64,000 bases of DNA from an uncultured Candidatus Rokubacteria bacterium (GTDB taxonomy: Bacteria > Methylomirabilota > Methylomirabilia > Rokubacteriales > DASRDR01). Numbering within the stretch: position 1 is the stretch's first letter; each line of letters begins with the position of its first letter. The notes under the pieces were generated by a model, which did not search any database, was not told the DNA's origin, and saw only the letters and a program-made list of their open reading frames with translations. The stretch is from positions 1,920,001-1,984,000 of the forward strand of contig CAWDVE010000010.1 in assembly GCA_963805625.1 (NCBI GenBank), in the 5' to 3' direction. Shown here piece by piece: positions 31,595 to 40,750 of the stretch. A program made the translations under genes and the position numbers.

Positions 31595-31623
31595 GAGGAT
31601 AGAACCTGAGGCGACCTCGGAGG

Positions 31624-32376
31624 CTACTGGCCGAGTTGGGCAAGAGCCGCGCGCAGGGGAGCGCTCGAGATCTGGATCAGCCCTGCGAAAGGCGTGTCCA
31701 TTTCGAGAATCAGGAAGAGCGCGCCCGAGACCGAGAGCGCACAGATGACGAGCGTCGCGATGGCCGTCGTGTTGGAAGGCGCGAAGAGCCCGAAGCTCAC
31801 GAACATCACGGTGAGCCAAAAGACGACCACCACCAAAAACGGCGTGGAGATGGCACTACCGCTCTGCTCGAACATCAACCAGCGCGCCCGTGTGAGCTCC
31901 ATGGCGACGTTCAGCGCCTGGGCTTGAAGTGAGCGGTGCGAGTCATCCTTCGGTGTGAGTTCCTGGAGCTTGTCATAGAGAATTTCGTCTCCCGCGCTCC
32001 TCGGCGCGAGGGAAGGCCGTGAGCGGTCTTCCGGCCAGATCTGAGCGAGCGCACGTGTGGTCGCAGCTCGTAAGAGCTCACGGACCTCCTTCGTTTCGGG
32101 ACCATAGTGAGCCAGGATGCGGTCGAGTACTACGATCCCGGCAGACATCTGGACCAACTCGCTCTTTTGTGTGTCGTACGAGCCCTTCGCCGAGGCAACC
32201 ATGAGACCGAGAACCAGCGCGGTCAACGCTCCGACCAGGCCCATCCCGACTTTCACGAGGTCCTTGGAGTCCGCACTCAAGTGATCCTCGGGAAGGAACG
32301 CGCGAAGCACCATGCCGAGGAACGCGCCTCCGAGGATGCAGGCGAACGCCCAAAGACTGGCCCAGAGTGGCATCAC
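31624..32376 (-). CDS. DUF4239 / bestrophin-like membrane protein
   Basis: TM helices, ALVLGLMVASAKGSYD, LILEMDTPFAGLIQISSAPL. Confidence 0.8.
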   Translation of the reverse strand: MMPLWASLWAFACILGGAFLGMVLRAFLPEDHLSADSKDLVKVGMGLVGALTALVLGLMVASAKGSYDTQKSELVQMSAGIVVLDRILAHYGPETKEVRELLRAATTRALAQIWPEDRSRPSLAPRSAGDEILYDKLQELTPKDDSHRSLQAQALNVAMELTRARWLMFEQSGSAISTPFLVVVVFWLTVMFVSFGLFAPSNTTAIATLVICALSVSGALFLILEMDTPFAGLIQISSAPLRAALAQLGQ

Positions 32377-32468
32377 GTGAGGTCCTCCTTGTCCCGTTCG
32401 CTCGCGTGATGAAGCGCGACTTCCATCGAACCGAGCGACTTTGAGCCCGAACTTAATTTTGCTCCCGG

Positions 32469-33512
32469 CTACCCGGCCACTCTTCGGCCGGGCTCGAACT
32501 TAGCGACCATGTGTTGCAGGAAGAGCAGCGAGCCGTCGTTGACGCGCGGCAGCCCGGCGCCGAAGCGGCCGGCAAAACCTTGCTTGTCGTGCTCCCGCTC
32601 GATCTCCTTCTGCTGCTTCCAGTCCACGCCGAAGGGCGGGTTGGTGAGGAAGTAATCGAAGGTCTCGCCCGCGAACTGGTCCTCGGTGAAGCTGTCGCCG
32701 AAGCGGATGTTGTTGCCGCCTCCGTTGTGGTCGACCTGCTTCATCAGCATGTCGGACGCGGCGGTGGCGAAGGCGCGCTTGTTGTAGTCCTGGCCGTAGA
32801 CGTAGAGCCGCGCGGCGCCGTGGTGGTCGCGCAGGTAGTTCTGGGCCTCGGCCAGCATGCCACCGGTACCGCAGGCCGGGTCGAGGAGCTTCCGCACGGT
32901 CCCGGGCGTGGCGAGCAGCTTGTCGTCCTGGATGAAGAGAATGCTCACCATCAGCCGGATGACCTCGCGCGGCGTGAAGTGGTCGCCCGCGGTTTCGTTC
33001 GCCAGCTCGTTAAAGCGGCGGATGAGGTTCTCGAAGATGAGGCCCATGTGCTCGTTCGGCACCGCGTTCGGGTGCAGGTCGACGTCGCAGAACTTCGAGA
33101 CCACGAGGTAGAGGATGTTGGCCTCGCGCATCTTCTCGATCTCCGTCTCAAACTCGAAGTACTCGAAGATGCGGCGGACATTGGCCGAGAAGCCCTTGAT
33201 GTAGCTGACGAGGTGCTGGGCGATGTGGTCGGGGTCGCCCTTGAGCTTCTCGAAGTCGAGCGGCGAGTGGCTGTGGAATCGCTGGCCGGACGCCTTGTTG
33301 AGCCGCGCGTCCAGCGCATCGCCCTTGAACCTGTCTTTCGAGCGCTCGTACTCGGCCAACACTTTGGCCTTGGTGGAGGCGAGCACGCAGTCGAAGCGGC
33401 GGAGCACGGTCATGGGCAGCATGACGCGCTCGTACTGCGGCGGGCGGTACGGCCCGCGCAGCAGGTCGGCGATCTGCCAGATCAGGTTACCGAAGTAGCT
33501 ATGATCAGGCAT
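32469..33512 (-). pseudogene. hsdM: Type I restriction-modification M subunit, C-terminally truncated
   Basis: IWQIADLLRG, HFTPREVI, DPACGTGGML, NPPF; ends shortly after LLFLQHM; no hsdS/hsdR nearby. Confidence 0.88.
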
Positions 33513-33644
33513 TATCTCCTCGCTACCCTTGTCTGCGCGGCTGGCCCGCCCTGCGCAGACTGATGATATGCCGCGGCGCGCCACTCAGGGCATACTAGTC
33601 CAAACTCGAAGATGCCCTCCGGAGGATCGACTGGACCCGCCGGA

Positions 33645-33669
33645 GTGGCAACAAGCCGTGGCAACAAGC
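33645..33669. repeat. Arm-type repeat pair GTGGCAACAAGC x2
   Basis: Inverted counterpart of the GTTGCCAC pairs, 13-bp period. Confidence 0.75.
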
Positions 33670-33749
33670 GGATGAGCGGAGCGGTCGATGATGCGGAAAC
33701 CCGCGTCAGAACGGTGGTGGCTCCAACGGGATTCGAGCGCCTTTGTACA

Positions 33750-33935
33750 CTGAGCTTCCGCGGGATTCTACCGTGACCAGGGACCCCCGGATACCGTCCA
33801 CCCTCCCGGACGCCGGACAAACGGCCAGTTTCGTCGAACACAATCGCTCTCGGCTGGCTAGCCTATGCCTATGTAGCCTGACGGTGGTCAGACGCCGTTC
33901 TAGTCCTCCGAAGTGGCCATTTGTCCGAGACGCGC
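33750..33935. repeat. Element left-end module, copy 1 (copy 2 at 35952-36165)
   Basis: Collinear similarity between copies; inverted 14-mers cggacaaacggcca / tggccatttgtccg offset by 100 bp. Confidence 0.75.
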
Positions 33936-34384
33936 GCGGCGCGATGCCTCCTCATTCACGCTGAGGTTCCCAGATCAGACCGATCACCGGCGGGTGGCCG
34001 CGCGCAATGACCTCGGTCGAGGACCCACTCGCGGTGCGCCAGCTCCCCTCTTCCAACGGTTAGCCCAGCCGCTCGGGCCGCCCGGTTCGCCGGGCGGTGC
34101 CGTCGCCATGGCCACCCGACCTCTCCCGACTCATCTGCAGGAGTGGACCCAGGGCTCTCGGTCTGTAGCGGTGGATGGCCAGCCGCGTCTCCTTGCCCGT
34201 CGCCTAAGGCCGTCCTCTTCCGGGGCGCGACGCGTACCTCCCGGCGGTGCCGTCCTTGACACCGCCCGCGGTGGCCATGCAGCATCGAGGTCGAGTGCGG
34301 TAGGGCTGCCTTCGTCCCCCGGCCCCCTGGGGAACGCGGTAAGGGCCATGAGACTTCCCACTTCGTGGCTGACGGAGGGAAACG

Positions 34385-35770
34385 ATGAGCGACGAAGCCA
34401 CCAAGACATTCGAGCAGAGTCTTCGCGGGCGATTGGTCCGCCCCAGCCATCCTGACTACGACGACGTACGCAAGCTCTACAACGGCATGATCGACAAGCG
34501 GCCGCGGCTGATCGCGCGGTGCGTCAACGTGGCCGATGTGATGACCGCCGTGAATTTCGGCCGCGACAACAGCCTACTCATCGCCATACGTGGTGGAGCT
34601 CATAATGGGCCGGGACTCGCGACCGTTGACGATGGTCTGGTTATCGATCTGTCGCTCATGAAGGGCGTGCGCGTGGATCCCGAGAAACGCACCGTGCGTG
34701 TGGAATCAGGTTGCACGTCAGGCGATGTCGATCACGCCACCCATCCGTTCAGGCTGGCCGTCCCCTTCGGGATTGTGTCCACGACCGGCGTGCCTGGGCT
34801 GACGCTTGGCGGCGGAACGGGCTATCTCACACGCCAACATGGGCTCACCATTGACAATCTTTTGGAAGCCGACGTTGTGCTAGCGGATGGCCGATTCGTG
34901 ACCGCAAGCCAGACCCAGAACCCCGACCTCTTTTGGGCCCTCCGCGGAGGAGGCGGCAATTTCGGCGTGGTCACGAGCTTCCTGTTCAAGGCACACCCGG
35001 TGAGCCAAGTCTATGCTGGGCCGATCTTCTGGGACGCCGCGCACGCGCGCGTGATCATGCGGGCGTATCGAGACTTCCTGCCGAACGCGCCGGAGGAGCT
35101 CGGGGCGTTTGTGGGTCTCAAGACCTTTCCGTCAACCGACCCGTTCCCGCGCGACCATTGGGGCAAGCGAGCCTGCGCCGTCATCTCCAGCTACAATGGC
35201 GCCGCGGAGGACGGTGAAAAGGCGATCTCGCCGCTCCTGAAGGCCTTGCCAGCGCCGGTGTTCAATTGGATGGGCGCGATGCCGTTCCCGGCGATCCAGC
35301 GGCTATTTGACCCGTTCTTCCCGAAAGGCCTGCAGTGGTACTGGAAGGGCGACTTCGTTAAATCGCTACCCGACGAGGCGATCGACACTCACATCGCCCA
35401 GGCTGCGAAGGCGCCGAGTGAACTGTCGCTGATGCACCTTTACCCCATCGATGGTGCAGTCCATCGCGTGGGGAAGGACGCGACGGCGTGGGGAGCACGC
35501 GACGCGACCTGGTCGATGGTGATCGCCGGGATTGACGCCGATCCGAAGAAAGCGGGAGATCTGAAGCAGTGGGCCAGGGGCTATTGGGAAGCCGTGCATC
35601 CCTACAACCTCGAAGGCGCCTACGTGAATTTCATGATGGACGACGAGGGCGACGCCCGCATCAGGGCGACGTATGGCGACAACTACAAGCGGCTCGCCGC
35701 GATCAAACGCAAATATGACCCGAAGAACGTGTTTCGCGTCAACCAGAACGTCAAGCCTGCATCCAGCTAG
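34385..35770 (+). CDS. FAD-binding oxidoreductase (BBE/VAO family)
   Basis: IRGGAH, GLTLGGGTG, DLFWALRGGGGNFGVVTSF, YDPKNVFRVNQN. Confidence 0.95.
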   Translation: MSDEATKTFEQSLRGRLVRPSHPDYDDVRKLYNGMIDKRPRLIARCVNVADVMTAVNFGRDNSLLIAIRGGAHNGPGLATVDDGLVIDLSLMKGVRVDPEKRTVRVESGCTSGDVDHATHPFRLAVPFGIVSTTGVPGLTLGGGTGYLTRQHGLTIDNLLEADVVLADGRFVTASQTQNPDLFWALRGGGGNFGVVTSFLFKAHPVSQVYAGPIFWDAAHARVIMRAYRDFLPNAPEELGAFVGLKTFPSTDPFPRDHWGKRACAVISSYNGAAEDGEKAISPLLKALPAPVFNWMGAMPFPAIQRLFDPFFPKGLQWYWKGDFVKSLPDEAIDTHIAQAAKAPSELSLMHLYPIDGAVHRVGKDATAWGARDATWSMVIAGIDADPKKAGDLKQWARGYWEAVHPYNLEGAYVNFMMDDEGDARIRATYGDNYKRLAAIKRKYDPKNVFRVNQNVKPASS

Positions 35771-35951
35771 CTCATCTCCTGGGACGTGAGACTTGAACTG
35801 TCGATACTGCCATGATCGCCTTTCTGGTTTGTGGCCTAGTGACGCCTCCGGCAGAAGGCCTCGACCCGATGAACGAGAATGCCATCTCCATCTTCCCGAC
35901 AGGTCGTGGGCGTCTAGCGCCGAGCGGGCTGCGCCATCCTCGCCTCGCCTT

Positions 35952-36165
35952 CTGAGTTTCCGCGGGGTTCTATCGTACCCGAGACGGGCCGGGCCTTGCT
36001 CGCGCGCTGCCAGACCAGCCGCGTGTCCCCGGCTCGCGGACCCCGGGCAAACGGCCAGTTCCGTTGGCTACGACCGCATCTGGCTGGCTCGCCTATGCCC
36101 ATATAGTCGGGCTGTCGTCAGCCGCCGTTCCAGGCTGCCGAAGTGGTCATTGATCCGAAACGCGC
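35952..36165. repeat. Element left-end module, copy 2
   Basis: ctgagtttccgcggggttcta..., cgggcaaacggcca (36044) / tggtcattgatccg (36144). Confidence 0.7.
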
Positions 36166-36428
36166 TGCCCGGCGGCCCGCGCTCAACTGGCCAGCCGCGA
36201 TCAACGAGCCGGCCATTTGACCAGACGTGTGTACGGTCCCGCTCGGCCCGCAGCTCCCCGCCGCCTGATTCGGCGCTGCTCCCAGGCTCCACGGCGCCGA
36301 CCGACCTCCCAATGCGGTTGCCGACCTGGACGGCCGCACGCTACCCCCGGGGGTACCGGGCCTATGGGCCACGGGGGCGGGGGAAAGGACCGAACCGGCC
36401 TTCCGTCGCAGCCTGATTGGGATTCGAC

Positions 36429-36575
36429 ATGGCTCCGACTGAACTGTATCTGGTCCGCCACGCCATCGCGGCCGAGCGCGGGGACGAGTGGCCCGACGAC
36501 ACGAAACGCCCACTGACCAAGCGGGGCATCAGCCGCTTCCGGGAATGCGTGACGGGCCTGCGCGAACTGGAAGCA
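36429..36575 (+). pseudogene. sixA: SixA-like phosphohistidine phosphatase N-terminal fragment
   Basis: ELYLVRHAIA..RG..WPDD.KRPLT..G, after which similarity is lost. Confidence 0.7.
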
Positions 36576-36736
36576 GCAGCCGGGCGATGCCGTTCAAGAA
36601 GGGCGGTGTCTGCCGTGTTGACATCGAGAGCCTCAGGTCGAGGAGCGCCGGAACGTTGATCTGGTTCGTCGGACCGAAGGTACTCCGCGAGCTTGGTTCG
36701 TAGATCGCCCGCATCTAGGAACACCAACCCTGGGAC

Positions 36737-36939
36737 ACCTAACCTTGAACGGTGAATCTTGCAGGCCCGAGAGTCATCCGAGGCCCGCTCTAGTCGCGGT
36801 GATTAGCGCACCCTCGTGGTCTGTTCCAGCCGCCCTCCGAGGGGCGTTGGTGATGGGTCACCTGGGGACGCGGGGGAAGCGTGATGACAATGGTTTCCAT
36901 GTCCATCACCGTTCTCCGAATCGCCGATTGGGGTTAGGA
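36737..36939 (-). other. attC-like site
   Basis: Minus strand TCCTAAC (contains the stop of an upstream ORF) ... GTTAGGT; internal perfect 9-bp IR gaacggtga / tcaccgttc. Confidence 0.4.
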
Positions 36940-37231
36940 TTCCCACACCACGACGCACTGGCTCTCCAAGAACGCCCGTGACAAATAGGCGACCTGCTCC
37001 ACCGGATGCCGGTTCGCGACCGTCCGTCGGAAGAGCTCTATCTGTACGCGCCGCCTTGCCCGTGCGCGGACCGGTCGATCCACCTCGGCCTCAATAGCAC
37101 TGACGATCGTCTCCGCGACATTTCGCCAGCCCTCCGCCGTCAGACCCCTCGCCCCGCGCTCACGCACGGATCGTCTCACTCGATGCTCAACCGTCTCCTC
37201 ATCCCCCCTCTCCTCCAGGGGTGCGCGTTCG

Positions 37232-38717
37232 TTGCCGCTCATCGTGGTCACGAACCGCGAACTTCGCGATCTGACCGAGGACGCCCTCGAAGCGGTGCGA
37301 CGCGCCAACGAGCCCCCCACCCTGTTCCAGCGGGGCGGAGCCCTGACCCGGCTCCGGCACAGTGAGCACGACGTCCCGTTCTTGGAGGTGCTGTCGGAGT
37401 CGGCGGTGCGCGGACTGATGGCGCGAACGGCGGACTGGCGCCGGATCACGGAGCAGGGCCAACTCGTCCCAGTGGCGCCACCGATGCCCGTGGTCAAGGA
37501 CGTGCTCGCGCTCCCCGAGTGGCAGGACATCCCGATCCTGCAAGGGATCGTGGAGGCGCCCACATTCAGTCGCGATGGCACGTTGCTCACGCAGCCAGGT
37601 TATGACGCCGAGGGCCGTCTCTGGTTCCACGCCGGCCCTGGGCTGACGATCCCCGCGGTGCCGGAACACCCGTCGCCGGAACACGTGGGCGCGGCACGAG
37701 GCCTGCTCCTTGACGAGCTCCTTGGCGACTTCCCCTTCGCCGATGAGGCCGCGCGCGCTCATGCCCTCGCGGCGATGCTCCTGCCCTTCGCGCGAGAGCT
37801 TTGCGGGGATCGCACACCGTTGCACTTGATCGACGCCCCCACGCCAGGCACCGGGAAGGGGCTTCTCGCGGACATGCTCACGATCCCTGCGACGGGCCGG
37901 AGCGCCGAGATCATGGCGGAGGGGCGCGATGATGAGGAGTGGCGGAAGCGCATCACGGCCATCCTGATCAGAGCACCAGGCTTCATCCTGGTCGACAATA
38001 TCCGCCGCCGCATCGACTCGTCGGCCCTCGCGGCGGTGCTGACGGCCGGACACTGGACTGACCGGCTGCTCGGTCACTCGCAGACGGTCACGCTCCCGGT
38101 TCGCGCCGTCTGGCTGGCCACCGGGAACAATGTCGGTCTCTCGAATGAGATGGCACGCCGCTCGGTGTGGATCCGACTGGATGCCCGCCGCGATACCCCG
38201 TGGACGCGGACGGACTTTCGGCATCCCCAGCTCGGCGCATGGGCACTGGAGCACCGCGGTCGGCTGATTCACGCCTGCTTGACGCTCATCCAGGCATGGC
38301 TCGCCGCGGGACGGCCCGCCGGCGCCGCCACCCTCGGGTCGTTCGAGACATGGGCCACGACCATCGGCGGCATCTTGGGCGTGGCGGGCGTGCCGGGCTT
38401 CCTCGGCAACGCGCACGCGCTCTATGCCCAGGCGGACGAAGAGGTCCAGATGTGGCGCGCGTTCGTCCTCGCCTGGTGGGACACGCATCGCCAGCAGGAG
38501 GTGGGCACCGAGGAGCTGTACAAGCTCGCCATCGAAGAGACCCTGTTGGCGGAGGTGCTCGGGGACGGAGGCGAGCGGTCGCAGCGGACGAAGCTTGGGA
38601 AGGCGCTCGGGCGGATGCGGGAACCGAATCATTGGCACCTACCGCATCGTGAGCGAACACGAGGATGGCAAGGGCCGGCGGCTCTACCGTCTGGAGCCCA
38701 CGGAGCTGCCGACGTGA
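37232..38717 (+). CDS. Phage/satellite primase-associated P-loop helicase domain protein (likely 5'-truncated; +1 frameshift near 38622)
   Basis: PGYD, DFPF, Walker A APTPGTGKG, ILVDNI, DRLLG, WLATGNN, RRSVWIRLD; C-terminus continues as RIIGTYRI...LYRLE in another frame. Confidence 0.8.
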
Positions 38718-38975
38718 GGCAGACGTGCGGCAGACGTGTCGCGTCCACGTCTGCACGCAGGAAGCGCTGTCAGGACGCGGACTTACAGTCCAAAGGCAGA
38801 CGTTGCCGACGTTTTCCGGTCCTCCCCTCCCGTACAGCAGAATCCTGAGAAGCGAAAACTACAGTTTGGGCCCGGAAAACGTCTGCCCACGTCTGCTATG
38901 ACGCGGAACCTTGCGGAACATCGTGCGTATTTCCCGCCGACGTGTGTGCCGACGTGGTGCCGACGTGGCAGACGT
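38708..38975. repeat. Iteron-like GC(C/A)GACGT cluster, putative replication origin
   Basis: 12 copies in both orientations: 38708, 38719, 38730, 38747rc, 38796, 38805, 38879rc, 38889rc, 38936, 38948, 38959, 38968. Confidence 0.7.
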
Positions 38976-39043
38976 GGCGCCTCGCCCACGTGCTCTTTTC
39001 CCCAGCCGGGCGCGACGGCGCCCGCAGCGAGAAGGACAGTCAC

Positions 39044-39586
39044 ATGACCTACGACGAGACGACCCAGAACCCCCAGCCGGACACGAGTTCCTCCGGTACT
39101 GCTGCCTCCCGCCGCCCGCAGGGCTCGAGGGTCTCCAGGCGGGCTACACGGGCACTCGCCACAACCCCCGGGAATGCCCCGACATGCAGCGCAGTCAACC
39201 GCCATGGAAGGGCCTGTAGCGCCACGCCGACGCTCGCCTCCGGCGGCAAGTTCTGCTGGACCCACGATCCCGCGGTGCCTCGCGACGAGAAGCTCGCCGC
39301 GGCCCTTCGCGGGGGCTACGCCGCCACGCGGCAGACAGTGCTTCCAGTTGACGCGCTCCCGGCGCCGCTCCGCACCCCTGAGGACGCCACGGCGTTGATC
39401 GAAACCACGGTGCATCAGGTGCGCACGGGGCAGATCGCCCCGACCGTGGCGAACAGTATTGGCTATCTGATCAGTGTGGCCCTCAGGAGCTTCGAGTTGG
39501 ATATCATGCGTCGCCTGGACGAGCTGGAGCGCGCCCGGGCCACTCACGCGAAGCCCGTGCGGATCGCCAGCGAGCTCCCGCGATGA
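39044..39586 (+). CDS. Zn-finger (C..G..C..FCWTH) protein, small-terminase-like of satellites
   Basis: CSAVNRHGRAC...FCWTHDP and a helical C-terminus VRTGQI...RRLDELE. Confidence 0.6.
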   Translation: MTYDETTQNPQPDTSSSGTAASRRPQGSRVSRRATRALATTPGNAPTCSAVNRHGRACSATPTLASGGKFCWTHDPAVPRDEKLAAALRGGYAATRQTVLPVDALPAPLRTPEDATALIETTVHQVRTGQIAPTVANSIGYLISVALRSFELDIMRRLDELERARATHAKPVRIASELPR

Positions 39587-39825
39587 GTCGGCACCTCCGA
39601 GCCCGCCTCGCCAAGCTGGCCCAGGATCTCGACGACGAACCGAAGGTCGTTCTGGTGTTCCAACCGTGGGCGCTTCCGCAGCCTGCGCCAACTCCCGAGA
39701 CGCCCGCGACCTCGCCAGGCCCCTCCCCGCCCGAGCCGCGGGCCGAGGAACCCGACTCGCGGTGCCCGACGTGTGGGGCTGAGCGCAATCGCTGCACCAC
39801 GTCCGAGACGAGGGAGGCCCAGTGA
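39583..39825 (+). CDS. Hypothetical protein
   Basis: ATGA overlap with the upstream gene; LRARLAKL, CPTCG. Confidence 0.5.
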   Translation: MSRHLRARLAKLAQDLDDEPKVVLVFQPWALPQPAPTPETPATSPGPSPPEPRAEEPDSRCPTCGAERNRCTTSETREAQ

Positions 39826-40262
39826 CCAGTACCGACACCTTCTACCGCGTCAGCGGCACCTCTCCACCGGGCGAGGATCGCGTTGCGCTTGACAGCGGCC
39901 GTGCATCCGAGTCGCCGCCACTACCGCCTGAGTTCGTCGAAGACCTCGCCCAACTCCTCGCCGACGCGCTCATCGCCGACATCCGCCACTATCCGAAGCT
40001 CGCGGAACTCAAGGCGAAGTGTGAGTCTACGGTCGAATCCCCCTCGGGATTGAACCGTAACGTGGCGTGTCCAGCGGCAAGGACGACGATCGCAGCCCCA
40101 GGTGTCGACGACCCGGCCGCGGTTCGGACCAGAAGACCCGCGCGGGAGTCATCGCGATCGACCCCCCACCCGGCCTCGCGGAACCCCCACCCAAGAAAAA
40201 CGCGCGATTCAGGCACGCCTCGGATGGTCGTCCGCCACAGCGTCGAAAATTCAGGAGTTTAG
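39822..40262 (+). CDS. Hypothetical protein
   Basis: GTGA overlap, GGAGG RBS; LAQLLADALIAD helix. Confidence 0.45.
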   Translation: MTSTDTFYRVSGTSPPGEDRVALDSGRASESPPLPPEFVEDLAQLLADALIADIRHYPKLAELKAKCESTVESPSGLNRNVACPAARTTIAAPGVDDPAAVRTRRPARESSRSTPHPASRNPHPRKTRDSGTPRMVVRHSVENSGV

Positions 40263-40271
40263 GAGACGATC

Positions 40272-40637
40272 ATGACAAGCGAACACGTCGCCGCGCGCAA
40301 GCACGTGCAAGACCTGGCCCGACCAATGCGGTTCCGCATCGCCTACGATACCGAGGGCTTCCCCGTAATTCCCGCACGCCACGGCCGTGTCGAGTGGTTC
40401 GAGGGGCGTAACCTCGCCGTCTACTGTGATCGTCCGCGCCTCTTTGCGAAGCTCTGGGCGATCCCCGGAGTCCGGCGCCACCAGACCGGTGACCAGGAGA
40501 TGCGGGCGGTCTTCCCGGCCGAGGCGCTCGATCAGGTGGCCGGGGTCATCCGGGCCCGGCGGCAACGCTGCCTGGCCCCGGAGACCGCCCGTAGGCGGTC
40601 AGGACTTGCCACAGTCAGGACGACTTCCGGCGGCTAG
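40272..40637 (+). CDS. Hypothetical protein
   Basis: AGGAG RBS; globular alpha/beta-like sequence (QTGDQEMRAVFP). Confidence 0.65.
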   Translation: MTSEHVAARKHVQDLARPMRFRIAYDTEGFPVIPARHGRVEWFEGRNLAVYCDRPRLFAKLWAIPGVRRHQTGDQEMRAVFPAEALDQVAGVIRARRQRCLAPETARRRSGLATVRTTSGG

Positions 40638-40750
40638 GATCGCATTTCAGACTCCGGCAAGGTATCGGGGTAGGTCCTCGAAGGGCAGGCGCGAAAGTGG
40701 CCGGTTGTCCGTGCTACCCTGGCCGCGCTCCGACACGGGAGGGCCCCGGT

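Noticed and set aside
38708-38975. CRISPR array
   Set aside because: Units are 8 bp, in both orientations, with no spacer-length unique sequences and no cas genes.
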